Source of the DNA: Candidatus Fermentibacterota bacterium
GTDB taxonomy: Bacteria > Fermentibacterota > Fermentibacteria > Fermentibacterales > JCC-6
Assembly (NCBI GenBank): GCA_030607835.1
Contig: JAUWJE010000001.1
Coordinates: 1-35,255 of the forward strand
DNA length: 35,255 nucleotides
Reading direction: 5' to 3'
Shown: one piece after another, positions 21,734 through 31,742 of the stretch
Layout: each line of letters starts with the position of its first letter
Numbering within the stretch: the stretch's first letter is position 1
The notes under the pieces: model-generated
The model's database searches: none
What the model saw: the letters and a program-made list of their open reading frames with translations, nothing else
What the model was told of the DNA's origin: nothing
Translations under genes and position numbers: made by a program

Positions 21734-22090
21734 ATGTCCAAAAAGGAGTTTTCGTCCACCATGGATTCCATTCTTGGATCCGGCAGCACTTGCAGGGGTT
21801 CACTGAAAGTAGAGGGAGGGCTCAGAATAGATGGTACCGTGGACGGAGAAGTTATAGTATCCGGTACTCTGACTGTAGGTCGAGAAGGATTAATTTCAGG
21901 TGATGTAACGGTGAACCAGGCGATTGTTGGCGGAACAATACAGGGAACAGTGAGAGCTGAGCAGCAGCTTGAGCTTCAAAGTGGATCCAGGCTTGAGGGA
22001 GATATTTTTACACGCTCTCTTGTCATTGAAGATGGCGTCTTCTTCGAGGGTAGTTGCAAAATGAGCCATGGCAACGAGTCAGGGTCTTGA
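21734..22090 (+). CDS. Bactofilin (DUF583 polymer-forming cytoskeletal protein)
   Basis: 118 aa. It has the repetitive beta-helix pattern (G.L.VEGGLRIDGTVDGEVIVSGTLTVG..G.ISGDV....AIVGGTIQGTV.A...LEL.SGSRLEGDI....LVIEDGVFFEG). Confidence 0.9.
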   Translation: MSKKEFSSTMDSILGSGSTCRGSLKVEGGLRIDGTVDGEVIVSGTLTVGREGLISGDVTVNQAIVGGTIQGTVRAEQQLELQSGSRLEGDIFTRSLVIEDGVFFEGSCKMSHGNESGS

Positions 22091-22196
22091 TGTGGAAAAT
22101 GTGGAAAAGATTGCTAAACTGTGGAAAACTACCTAACTATATGATATTCAAAAGCATACATAATCACTTAAAGTAGTTTCATAAGTTGTATCCACA
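22091..22196. promoter_or_regulatory. Dense DnaA-box-like cluster upstream of the V-type ATPase operon
   Basis: TGTGGAAAA occurs at 22091-22099, 22100-22108 (directly abutting) and 22120-22128, with GTATCCACA at 22188-22196 in inverse orientation. The same 9-mer variant is used at 10479 and 10547. Confidence 0.6.
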
Positions 22197-22293
22197 ACAG
22201 ACACTGTCATGGAGGTATAGCGCTGTTCCCGGTTGTTTCAATGCCTGGAAGACCGATGTTCCCAAGTTGATTAATCGAAAGGCTGGTATTCAA

Positions 22294-22614
22294 ATGGCGA
22301 AGCTCGACATACTCCGCGAGGGCGAGAAGCAGGCCAGACAGGTACTGGAGAACGCTAAAAAAGATGCCCGGCGGATAACACAGAGCATTCCAGAGATGAT
22401 TGAGGAATTGAAACGGAAGAATGACGATTATCTTGGAAAAGTTGCGACCGAAGCTGAAACGGCTGTGGATAAGATTGTAATTCAGCTGAAAGAAAAGCTC
22501 GAAGGAAAGACAGACAGGAAGCTCGAATTACTGTCGGAGTATACCGTGAATCTTGAGAAGACCGCAACTGAGAGTCTTCGTGAACACATACTCAGGGGCG
22601 GGAAAGAGGACTGA
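22294..22614 (+). CDS. A/V-type ATPase peripheral-stalk subunit (H/G-like)
   Basis: 106 aa from the ATG at 22294 (MAKLDILREGEKQARQVLENAKKDARR...). It is an all-helical charged protein in the first position of an H-I-K-E-C-F-A-B-D operon. I reject the upstream TTG extension (22186) in the track. Confidence 0.55.
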   Translation: MAKLDILREGEKQARQVLENAKKDARRITQSIPEMIEELKRKNDDYLGKVATEAETAVDKIVIQLKEKLEGKTDRKLELLSEYTVNLEKTATESLREHILRGGKED

Positions 22615-24650
22615 TGAGCCTTGATGCGATATCGAAGATAGAGGTTCTATGTCATGCTCAAACCCGTGAGAAAGTCCTTGAGAAGATAGAGTCCTCCGGA
22701 AAAGTCCACCTGATAAATATGTCGGAAATTGAGCAGTCGGAAGACATGAGATTTCTCAAACCCGCGACGTTGAATACCGATGACCTTTCCGATAAGATAT
22801 CGAGTCTGAAGAAGGCAATTCAATTTCTCGAAGACGAAGCAGCCGGAGAGATGAATCAACAGCCTTCAATACCACCATCCCTTTCTGAAAAAGAGCTAAT
22901 GGCGCTGTCAGAAGACGAGAATCTTCTGGAGAAAGCTCGAAGAGCATGGTTTATAGCAATCCGGAAAGCCAAGCTTGAAGGCACGGAAAAGGAACTTGAA
23001 CAGGAGAGAAATTTTCTTATTGAATGGGAAGGACTGCCGGTTCCATTTGAAGATCTTAGAAAGAGTGAATCTTACCTGCTTGTTGCAGGCACTATTGAAA
23101 AAGAAGGAATTCAGCAATTGCATGAACTGGTAAATGAGAATCCTCTTTTTCATCTTGAAGTAATTCAGAAGAAAAAAAAGCTCGAGCGGGTTATCGCGGT
23201 CTTTCACGAATCCGTATCCAGAGAAGTATTGCAGTCTCTCGGAGAACTTGGATTCTCTCAACAGGACTTCGGATCCAGACAGGGGATGGTGAAAGACAAC
23301 CTGAAAGAAATCTGTCGTGAGCAGAAACTTGTTGACAGCAAAATGAGATCGCTACATGAAGAAGCTGTGAAACTGTCTGCGGAGATGAAACGATTCCGAA
23401 TTCTTCTTGACGCTGCTGGGCTGCTTCTTGAAAGGCTGAATGCAACAAGAACAGCGCGCGCCAGTACCAGTGTATTCATGTTCAGAGCATGGAAACGCAC
23501 AAGAGATCTCCGCAGCTTGAGAAAGAACCTTGCGCAGCTGGGAGAAGTGGCTGTTGAGGAAATTGAACCTGAGAAAGACGAGACCCCTCCTTCTCCAATA
23601 ACTGAAACCACAGCGGCTTCACCATATACGCTATTAACGGATATGTACGGTCAGCCCACGAGAAGAGATCCCGACCCGACGCCCCTGATAGCACCTTTTT
23701 ACGCCCTTTTCTTCGGTATCTGTATCGGTGATGCGGGATACGGAATAGCTCTTGCTCTTGGATCCGCATTAGGCTGGTATCTTGTGCGCAGAAGACACGG
23801 AAATCCAAGGTTATTCCAACTTCTGTTCCAGGGGGGATTAGCGAGTATTCTGGTCGGAATCTTCCTCGGAGGCTGGTTCGGAATTTCCTTTGACAGTCTT
23901 CCAGGTTTTCTTCAGGCTCCGGCCCTGATGCTTAATAAGCTTGTGCCCGGATATCAGGTGGGTGAGGCCGGACAGGAAGGTTTCGGAGTATCGAAGCAAT
24001 TTCTCTATTTAACACTTGCTCTGGGGCTGGTGCAGCTCACGGCGGGCATAGTTATCAATCTAAGGAAACGCTGGAGAGCAGGAGAGAAATTCGCAGCCGT
24101 TGTAGATCAATCCGGATGGTTGCTTGCCACTGCAGGCCTGTTCCCATGGCTGTTCAATCATTACCTGCTCAACGGTTCTCTCTATAACGTTAATGGACCG
24201 CTTGATAAAGTATTTACCACGATGCTTGCCGCAGGTGCTTTGCTCATATTCATAATGGGAGGAAGGGAAGCAAAGGGATTCGGAAAGATCGGAACTGGAG
24301 CTTATGCCCTGTACGGCATAGTGAATCTTCTCGGAGACGTACTATCGTATTCAAGACTGTTTGCCCTTGCCCTTTCGAGCGCAATAATCGCTCAGGTGAT
24401 AAATCAGATGGCCGGAATGCTGGTCAACGAACTTGGAATACCGGTAGTCGGAGTAATTCTGGCCATAATGGTTGTTGTCGCTGGGCATATCTTTAACATG
24501 GCAATGGCAGCTTTAAGCGGTTTTATTCATACGGCAAGGCTGCAATTTGTAGAATTCTTCGGGAAATTCTACGATGGTACAGGAGTACCGTTCAAACCGC
24601 TGAGATATGAACCGAAATTTGTGCATATTGAGAGAGAAAATAGTAAATAA
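22614..24650 (+). CDS. atpI: A/V-type ATPase subunit I (membrane a-subunit)
   Basis: 678 aa. It has a cytoplasmic N-terminal half and a multi-TM C-terminal half, with the conserved LSYSRLFALALS (essential Arg) and HTARLQFVEFFGKFY motifs. Confidence 0.9.
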   Translation: MSLDAISKIEVLCHAQTREKVLEKIESSGKVHLINMSEIEQSEDMRFLKPATLNTDDLSDKISSLKKAIQFLEDEAAGEMNQQPSIPPSLSEKELMALSEDENLLEKARRAWFIAIRKAKLEGTEKELEQERNFLIEWEGLPVPFEDLRKSESYLLVAGTIEKEGIQQLHELVNENPLFHLEVIQKKKKLERVIAVFHESVSREVLQSLGELGFSQQDFGSRQGMVKDNLKEICREQKLVDSKMRSLHEEAVKLSAEMKRFRILLDAAGLLLERLNATRTARASTSVFMFRAWKRTRDLRSLRKNLAQLGEVAVEEIEPEKDETPPSPITETTAASPYTLLTDMYGQPTRRDPDPTPLIAPFYALFFGICIGDAGYGIALALGSALGWYLVRRRHGNPRLFQLLFQGGLASILVGIFLGGWFGISFDSLPGFLQAPALMLNKLVPGYQVGEAGQEGFGVSKQFLYLTLALGLVQLTAGIVINLRKRWRAGEKFAAVVDQSGWLLATAGLFPWLFNHYLLNGSLYNVNGPLDKVFTTMLAAGALLIFIMGGREAKGFGKIGTGAYALYGIVNLLGDVLSYSRLFALALSSAIIAQVINQMAGMLVNELGIPVVGVILAIMVVVAGHIFNMAMAALSGFIHTARLQFVEFFGKFYDGTGVPFKPLRYEPKFVHIERENSK

Positions 24651-24684
24651 TACTCTTTCCGTTTAAAGAGAAAGGAGATATTGA

Positions 24685-25134
<450 letters not shown>

Positions 25135-25141
25135 TCAGAAG

Positions 25142-25729
25142 ATGTCTCTCGAAGCAATCCTTTCAAAGATAGAGGCAGATGCGAATGAAGAAGCCGCAAT
25201 CATCCGCAGGAAAGCGCTAGATGAAAAAGAGAAAGAAAGAGATAAGCAGACCGGAGAGATTGAAGAAAAGCGAAAAAGAGATCTGGACAGGATCAAGGCA
25301 AGGGTTCAGGATATGCAGAAGCGAAAGGAATACCACGTTCAAAGAGAAGCTGTCAGACAGCTGATGAACGCCCGGAGAACTCTTATGGATGAAGCAATCC
25401 GGAAGGCTGTTATTAACCTTTCCTCTGAGAACGAGGAAAATTACCTTTCAATGATAGCATCGCTTCTTAACAAATGTGATATTGAGGGGGAGGTCGAAGT
25501 TCTGATCTCTTCTGCGGATGAATCACGCATAACTGCAAAATTCCTTGAAAGGCATTCCACAGATTCCAAGAAATATATCCTTTCAGATAACAGGCACAAT
25601 GAAACAGGTGGAATCATCTTCCGGGCTGGCAGGATAAGCCAGAACGGAACGTTCCCTATGATAGCAGAACTGATTCATGAAAGGCTGGTGATTGAGCTTT
25701 CTCAGATTATACCTCTGGAGAAAGACTGA
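25142..25729 (+). CDS. atpE: A/V-type ATPase subunit E
   Basis: 195 aa from the ATG at 25142 (MSLEAILSKIEADANEEAAIIRRKA...). It has a charged N-terminal helix and a globular C-terminus. The track's upstream extension (25034) lies inside atpK and is rejected. Confidence 0.85.
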   Translation: MSLEAILSKIEADANEEAAIIRRKALDEKEKERDKQTGEIEEKRKRDLDRIKARVQDMQKRKEYHVQREAVRQLMNARRTLMDEAIRKAVINLSSENEENYLSMIASLLNKCDIEGEVEVLISSADESRITAKFLERHSTDSKKYILSDNRHNETGGIIFRAGRISQNGTFPMIAELIHERLVIELSQIIPLEKD

Positions 25730-25732
25730 AAC

Positions 25733-26707
25733 ATGTCGGATAGCTTCATATATGCTAATGGAAGAATTAGCGGCAAGGAAACAACGCTGCTGGACGATAG
25801 AATGTGGCAAATGCTAATGTCCGCACAGAATGAAGAAGAAGTGCTTCGATTTCTGGGAGACACCTGGTATGGAGGCTTCATGCAGCATCATAGTCTTGAG
25901 GACTGCTTCATCAATGCCATGGAAGTTACAGAGGAAGAACTTCTTGAGCTTTCAGAAGATGAAAGACTGGTCAGAGGGCTTCTTCACAGAAGAGATGTCA
26001 GAAATGCCAGATATATCTGGAAGAACCTGCTTTCCGTTAAGAAATCTCCTGAGGAAATAGAAATTGAGCGACCTGGATTAATATCTGTGGATACACTGGA
26101 AAAGGCAGTGCTCTCCGCTGAAGCAAGGGAAGAACTGCCAGATCTGTTCAGAGAGACTCTTGAGGAGCTTCTCGAAACGGAGGGGATCAGTGGTCCCGAT
26201 CTGGATCGTTTAATGGATAATCTTGCTGCAGAGGTTGAATATGAAGAACTTCCCTGCATAAGCTCCGGGTTCAGGACTTTCGTAATGACAAGACTGGAGC
26301 AGAAGAATTTCCTTACCGCCGGTCGATGCAAACTTGCAGGATCTTCAAAACAGGAAGCTCAGGAACTGCTGCTTCATGGCGGATACCATTCCGGGGAGGA
26401 GATTGCCGAGGCATATCAGAGGAATACACTTCCCTTGCTCATTGCAGAGAATCCAGGCTTTGAAGAACCTGCCAGGGCATTTGCGGATGCCCTTGATTCC
26501 GGATCGTTCTTCTCCTTCGAAAAGGAATGCGACAGACAGCTTCTGGAGCTTCTTGAAAAAGGAGCTTTCCCTGTTTTCGGCCCATCCCCGCTGGCAGCAT
26601 TCATTATTAGAAGGGAGATGGAAATTAAACATCTCAAACTTCTGGTCGCTGCAAAAACCGCCGGAGTAGATTCGAGCAGGCTTCAGGAACGCCTGCCCAG
26701 GGGATAG
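25733..26707 (+). CDS. atpC: A/V-type ATPase subunit C (eukaryotic d homologue)
   Basis: 324 aa. The operon position and the N-terminal YANGRISGKETTLL pattern are typical of this subunit. Confidence 0.85.
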   Translation: MSDSFIYANGRISGKETTLLDDRMWQMLMSAQNEEEVLRFLGDTWYGGFMQHHSLEDCFINAMEVTEEELLELSEDERLVRGLLHRRDVRNARYIWKNLLSVKKSPEEIEIERPGLISVDTLEKAVLSAEAREELPDLFRETLEELLETEGISGPDLDRLMDNLAAEVEYEELPCISSGFRTFVMTRLEQKNFLTAGRCKLAGSSKQEAQELLLHGGYHSGEEIAEAYQRNTLPLLIAENPGFEEPARAFADALDSGSFFSFEKECDRQLLELLEKGAFPVFGPSPLAAFIIRREMEIKHLKLLVAAKTAGVDSSRLQERLPRG

Positions 26708-26716
26708 GAGCGCAGC

Positions 26717-27046
26717 ATGTCGCAAGGTGGAATAGCATTTCTTGGAGACGCTGACAGCGTTCTTGGTTTCAGGGCTCTTGGAGTCGAAACGATTGTACCG
26801 GATGACGCTGATGATGCTAGAAAGCAATTTGAAAGATTAGTGAAGCAGGAAACATCGGTTATCATGATTACCGAGAAAATGATGGATTATCTGCAGGAGC
26901 AGATGGAAGAAGTAGTGCATATGGCCGTTCCAGCCGTCGTGGTTCTTCCGGGTATTACCGGAACGCTGAAACGCGGTGAGGATACTATCAGAGAACTCAT
27001 AATCAGGGCTGTTGGAGTGGATTTGATGTCGGATGAGCAGAAGTAG
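26717..27046 (+). CDS. atpF: A/V-type ATPase subunit F
   Basis: 109 aa. IAFLGDADSVLGFRALGVE is a typical subunit F N-terminus. Confidence 0.85.
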   Translation: MSQGGIAFLGDADSVLGFRALGVETIVPDDADDARKQFERLVKQETSVIMITEKMMDYLQEQMEEVVHMAVPAVVVLPGITGTLKRGEDTIRELIIRAVGVDLMSDEQK

Positions 27047-27082
27047 GCTCAGGGACCGGGTAAAACCTGCCGGAGGCGATGG

Positions 27083-28852
27083 ATGATAAAAGGAACAATC
27101 GATAAAATTGCGGGTCCGCTGGTTGTCGCGGACGGAATGAAAGACGCCAGGATGTACGACCTGGTCTATGTGTCAGACTACGCTTTGATAGGTGAGATCA
27201 TCGAATTGAAGGGTGACAGGGCATCTATTCAGGTGTACGAAGAAACCGGAGGACTTAAACCTGGAGATCCTGTTGTAGCTACAGGAGAACCCCTTTCGGT
27301 TGAACTTGGTCCGGGTCTTCTTACGGCTATTTACGACGGTATCCAGCGCTCACTGGACGAGATACGCAAAGAGGCCGGAGACTGGATCACAAGAGGAATT
27401 ACCATAAGGGGTCTGGATCACAAGAAGGAATGGGATTTCAAGCCCGTTGCGGAAACAGGCATGGAAGTCTCCGGGGGTGAGGTTGTGGGCGAGGTTCCCG
27501 AAACTGAAGTAATTATGCACAGAGTTATGGTTCCCCCTGGCGTAAAAGGGGAAATAACCTGGATGATAGATGAGGGTTCTTACAATGTCGATACTATCAT
27601 AGCAAAGGTTAAGGAACCTTCCGGGGAAACAAGGGAACTTCAAATGTACCATAACTGGCCTGTTCGGAAACCACGTCCGGTAGCTGAGAAAAAAGCTCCC
27701 GAAGAACCTCTTTTAACCGGCCAGAGAGTTATCGATGCTTTCTTCCCGCTTGGAAAAGGTGGAACGGCCTGCGTTCCAGGACCGTTCGGCAGCGGTAAAA
27801 CCGTTATTCAGCATCAGCTCGCTAAGTGGGCTGACGCGGAAATAGTCGTTTACGTTGGGTGCGGCGAGCGGGGAAACGAAATGACAGACGTTCTTCAGGA
27901 ATTCCCTGAACTTGAAGATCCCAAGACCGGCAAGCCTCTTATTCTCAGAACCGTACTTGTTGCAAATACAAGCAATATGCCTGTTGCCGCGCGAGAGGCA
28001 AGCGTTTATACAGGCATAACCATCGGTGAGTATTTCCGGGATATGGGTTATTCAGTTGCCCTTATGGCTGATTCCACAAGCAGGTGGGCTGAAGCGATGA
28101 GAGAGATGTCCGGAAGACTCGAAGAGATGCCCGGAGAAGAAGGATACCCCGCATACCTGGGAACGCGGATTGCTGAGTTCTACGAACGGGCCGGGAATGT
28201 GAAGTGTATCGGAGGAGACAGGAGCGGAGCACTCACAGTTGTCGGCGCCGTCAGTCCTGCCGGCGGAGATCTTTCTGATCCTGTTGTACAGGCCACACTC
28301 AGAGTTGTTAAGGTCTTCTGGAGCCTTGAGGCGAGACTTGCATACGCAAGACACTTCCCCGCCATTGGATGGCTTGACAGCTATTCTCTCTATACCAACA
28401 ACCTGAAAGAGTACTACAACAGGGAGCTTGGAGATGAATGGGTCTTGATGATGAAAGAAGCCATGGCACTGCTTCAGCGTGAAGCGAATCTTCAGGAGAT
28501 AGCCCGTCTGGTTGGAGCAGAATCTCTTTCCCCTGAGGACCAGCTGATTCTATATACGGCAAGATCTCTGAGGGAGGATTTCCTTCATCAGAACGCCTTC
28601 CATGATGTTGATACTTTTACTTCCATCACAAAACAGAAGATCATGATGGAAGTAATAATGCACACACACAGTGAAATGGAAAAGGCGCTGAACACCGGTG
28701 TATCTCCCCGGAAACTGTTCAGCCTGCCTCTGAAAGAGGAAATAACCAGAATGAGGTATATCCATGAGGATAATATCTCAGACATTTCTGCAATCAAAGA
28801 ACATGTAACTTCACAGATCAACGGTCTGATCGAGAAGGAACAGACCGCCTGA
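27083..28852 (+). CDS. atpA: A/V-type ATPase catalytic subunit A
   Basis: 589 aa. It has the P-loop [16 protein letters not shown], and the non-homologous insert typical of A subunits. GGAGG lies upstream. Confidence 0.97.
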   Translation: MIKGTIDKIAGPLVVADGMKDARMYDLVYVSDYALIGEIIELKGDRASIQVYEETGGLKPGDPVVATGEPLSVELGPGLLTAIYDGIQRSLDEIRKEAGDWITRGITIRGLDHKKEWDFKPVAETGMEVSGGEVVGEVPETEVIMHRVMVPPGVKGEITWMIDEGSYNVDTIIAKVKEPSGETRELQMYHNWPVRKPRPVAEKKAPEEPLLTGQRVIDAFFPLGKGGTACVPGPFGSGKTVIQHQLAKWADAEIVVYVGCGERGNEMTDVLQEFPELEDPKTGKPLILRTVLVANTSNMPVAAREASVYTGITIGEYFRDMGYSVALMADSTSRWAEAMREMSGRLEEMPGEEGYPAYLGTRIAEFYERAGNVKCIGGDRSGALTVVGAVSPAGGDLSDPVVQATLRVVKVFWSLEARLAYARHFPAIGWLDSYSLYTNNLKEYYNRELGDEWVLMMKEAMALLQREANLQEIARLVGAESLSPEDQLILYTARSLREDFLHQNAFHDVDTFTSITKQKIMMEVIMHTHSEMEKALNTGVSPRKLFSLPLKEEITRMRYIHEDNISDISAIKEHVTSQINGLIEKEQTA

Positions 28853-28866
28853 GGGGGCATAGGGAT

Positions 28867-30273
28867 ATGATCAGAGAATACACAACAACCGTTGAGATAT
28901 CCGGCCCTCTGATGCTTGTTGACGGCGTTGAGGGTGTAGCGTACGAAGAACTGGTGGAAATAGAGCTTCCCACTGGAGAAATCCGTAACGGGAAGGTTCT
29001 TGAGATAGACAGCCGCATGGCGCTTGTACAGCTCTTCGAAGGGAGCAGCGGTACGGATATTTCCAGAAGCAAGGTTCGCTTCCTCGGGAAACAGGTCGAG
29101 CTTGGTGTTTCGGAGGAGATGCTTGGCAGAGTGTTCGATGGGCAGGGGCGTCCAAGAGCTCCGTTTGATACAGCTCCTCCTATAGTTCCCGAAAAGATGG
29201 TGAATATAAACGGAGCCCCCATCAATCCTTACGCAAGGGACTATCCGGCCGAGTTCATTCAAACCGGATTCAGTTCTATTGACGGAATCAATACGCTGGT
29301 GAGAGGGCAGAAGCTTCCAATCTTCAGCGGTAACGGACTTCCGCAGTCCATTGTTGCGGCTCAGATCGCGCGTCAGGCGAAAGTGCGTGGAAGTGAAGCA
29401 AGCTTTGCTGTCGTCTTTGCTGCGATGGGAATTACATTTGAGGAAGCCGATTACTTCATCCGTGATTTCCGTTCGACAGGAGCCATGGACAGGGCAGTTG
29501 TTTTCATGAACCTTGCGGATGATCCTGCCATTGAGCGTATCTCAACACCGAGAATGGCGCTGACAGCAGCGGAATACCTTGCTTACGAGAAAGACATGCA
29601 TATCCTTGTTATTATGACAGATATGACTAATTACTGTGATGCTCTCAGAGAGATAGCCGCTGCCAGAAAAGAAGTTCCCGGAAGGCGGGGTTATCCCGGT
29701 TACCTTTACACAGATCTTGCATCGATTTACGAACGGGCGGGAAGAATCAAGGGGAGAAAAGGATCGATTACACAGATCCCTATTCTTACAATGCCGGAAG
29801 ACGACAAGACTCATCCAATTCCCGACCTTACCGGTTATATCACTGAGGGTCAGCTGATCCTCAACAGAGAGCTTCACAAGAAGGGGATCTACCCTCCCAT
29901 GGATGTTATGGAATCTCTTTCGAGACTCAAGGATAAAGGTATTGGGGAGGGGAAGACGCGCGGAGACCACGCAGATCTTTTCAATCAGCTCATGGCAGCC
30001 TACTCGGCCGGAAAGGATGCAAGAGAACTTGCAGTTATCCTTGGCGCGGCAGCGTTGAGCCCGCTTGATCAGAAGTACCTTAAATTCGCTGGGGAATATG
30101 AAAAGCTGTACATCAGCCAGGGAGAACATGAAAACAGGAATATTGACGAAACTCTGGACCTTGGCTGGGAACTTCTGAAGCTTCTCCCAAGGGAGGAAAT
30201 GAAACGAATTGATCCAAAACGCCTTGATAAATACTGGCCTGTGAGCGACAGGGCAAAAGCAGCGGGAAGCTGA
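28867..30273 (+). CDS. atpB: A/V-type ATPase subunit B
   Basis: 468 aa. Conserved motifs include [22 protein letters not shown] and [30 protein letters not shown]. Confidence 0.97.
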   Translation: MIREYTTTVEISGPLMLVDGVEGVAYEELVEIELPTGEIRNGKVLEIDSRMALVQLFEGSSGTDISRSKVRFLGKQVELGVSEEMLGRVFDGQGRPRAPFDTAPPIVPEKMVNINGAPINPYARDYPAEFIQTGFSSIDGINTLVRGQKLPIFSGNGLPQSIVAAQIARQAKVRGSEASFAVVFAAMGITFEEADYFIRDFRSTGAMDRAVVFMNLADDPAIERISTPRMALTAAEYLAYEKDMHILVIMTDMTNYCDALREIAAARKEVPGRRGYPGYLYTDLASIYERAGRIKGRKGSITQIPILTMPEDDKTHPIPDLTGYITEGQLILNRELHKKGIYPPMDVMESLSRLKDKGIGEGKTRGDHADLFNQLMAAYSAGKDARELAVILGAAALSPLDQKYLKFAGEYEKLYISQGEHENRNIDETLDLGWELLKLLPREEMKRIDPKRLDKYWPVSDRAKAAGS

Positions 30274-30911
30274 TGGCGATAAAGGTTCGTGCCACCAGAA
30301 TGGAGCTTCTTCAGCTCCGGAAAAAGGTAGGCCTGGCTCAAAGGGGTCATAAGCTCCTGAAGGACAAACTTGACGAACTGATGCGCCAGTTCAAGATATT
30401 GATAAAGGAATATGAAGGAGCCAGGAGCGAACTCGAAAAGGAACTCAGCATTGCTTACGGCGAGTTCCTTTTCGCGAGGGCCGCAATGACGGAACCTGGT
30501 CTTCTCGATGCTCTTCGATATCCCGGAGCCGTAGCAAATGTGCAAACCTCCAAAAGGAAGATCATGAACCTGATTCTACCCGTATTTGAGGTGTCCATAA
30601 AGGGGAATGTTCGTAATTACGGAATGTTCGACACGCCCGTGGAGCTGGATGAAGCTCTGGAGGTTTATAAAAGGATACTGCCCCACATCGTGAAGCTGGC
30701 GGAACAGGAAAAGGCTATAAGCCTGCTTGCCAGGGAAATCGATACCACCAGGCGTAGAGTCAACGCTCTTGAATACAAGCTGATCCCTGAACTTCAGGAA
30801 GCCATAAGGTCTGTTAGATTGAAACTGGACGAAATGGAACGCGGAAATCTTACGCGGCTTATGAAGGTGAAGGAAATGGTTGAGGAAAAACGCAAGAAAA
30901 ACCGCGCCTAG
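30273..30911 (+). CDS. atpD: A/V-type ATPase subunit D (central stalk)
   Basis: 212 aa. TRMELLQLRKKVGLAQRGHKLLKDKLDEL is the canonical subunit D N-terminus. There is a 1-nt stop/start overlap with atpB. Confidence 0.92.
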   Translation: MAIKVRATRMELLQLRKKVGLAQRGHKLLKDKLDELMRQFKILIKEYEGARSELEKELSIAYGEFLFARAAMTEPGLLDALRYPGAVANVQTSKRKIMNLILPVFEVSIKGNVRNYGMFDTPVELDEALEVYKRILPHIVKLAEQEKAISLLAREIDTTRRRVNALEYKLIPELQEAIRSVRLKLDEMERGNLTRLMKVKEMVEEKRKKNRA

Positions 30912-31034
30912 GCAGACTAACCTTTCTTTCGTGATCAGACCGGGAAATGCTATATTATATGTCTCCATACAGTCAGAACTAATTATTTCAAAAATACAGC
31001 CTTGATATTCCGTCTCGAATGATTTATCAATTAA

Positions 31035-31673
31035 ATGATGAAATTGATTTTCAAGTTTAAACAGGGAAGGGAAATATTGAAAATTATATTTATGCTTTTT
31101 GTGGTCTTTTCATTCTCCAAGATAACGAGCGCTGATTATACGGTAAACTACGGCTGGGAAAGTACAGACACCATTCTGGGTATGCGTCCTGCCGATTGTG
31201 TAATAGCTCAAATTGCCACCGATCCTGTACACGGAGGTTCCCAGTCGCTTTATCTTGAACGAGTTTCTGATGATACTCCCCAGGCATACATAGCCTGGAT
31301 TGTAGGCCTTCAGGATGGCGATGAGATTACTGTCAGCGTATGGTTTTACGATGATACGCCGGGATCAGCCCCAAGAGGAAGAACCTGGGCACACTGGAAT
31401 GACAGCCCCGGAGATGTGAACGTTTACAGCGGGAGTGCAAGCGGTCCTGGCTTTTTCACAACAGGTATAGGCTGGGAAGAAATAGAATGGACATGGACTG
31501 TTGTAGACAGTCATACCGGTCTTGTTATTGAAGCAAGGATATACTCAAATCCGGGTGATGCTGTCTGGATCGATGATATGACCGTCACCGTTCCCGATCA
31601 TGCTACCATTTATACTCCTGGAACCGTCGCTCTTGAAAACAGCACCTGGGGTGACATAAAAGCGGCATTCTAG
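31035..31673 (+). CDS. Secreted hypothetical protein, possibly a beta-sandwich/CBM-like fold
   Basis: The signal peptide is ...KIIFMLFVVFSFSKITSA|DY. The mature part is rich in W, G, D and T, as in jelly-roll binding modules. An in-frame TTG at 31077, preceded by GGGAAGGG, is an alternative start. A promoter-like TTGATA-17-TATCAA (31002-31030) would place the TSS after the 31035 ATG. Confidence 0.6.
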   Translation: MMKLIFKFKQGREILKIIFMLFVVFSFSKITSADYTVNYGWESTDTILGMRPADCVIAQIATDPVHGGSQSLYLERVSDDTPQAYIAWIVGLQDGDEITVSVWFYDDTPGSAPRGRTWAHWNDSPGDVNVYSGSASGPGFFTTGIGWEEIEWTWTVVDSHTGLVIEARIYSNPGDAVWIDDMTVTVPDHATIYTPGTVALENSTWGDIKAAF

Positions 31674-31742
31674 TTTATTGACATGCACGCTCTGGTGCGT
31701 GTCCCCAAAGAGCATGACTCTCTGGTGCATGTCCCCTCTTAG

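Noticed and set aside
22091-22196. The remote DnaA-box cluster as the actual replication origin
   Set aside because: Genes on both sides of it are co-oriented on the plus strand. The strand switch and the dnaA-flanking boxes are at 8.8-10.7 kb. I keep it as a DnaA-binding or regulatory candidate only.
28588-29262. 224-aa minus-strand ORF, plus other minus-strand ORFs between 26345 and 30968
   Set aside because: They are antisense to atpA, atpB, atpC, atpD and atpF, all of which carry unambiguous catalytic or structural motifs. Long shadow ORFs are expected in this higher-GC stretch.
31678-31683. TTGACA hexamer as a plus-strand promoter
   Set aside because: No plus-strand gene follows it. 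It sits in a convergent-terminator spacer facing the 3' end of elbB.
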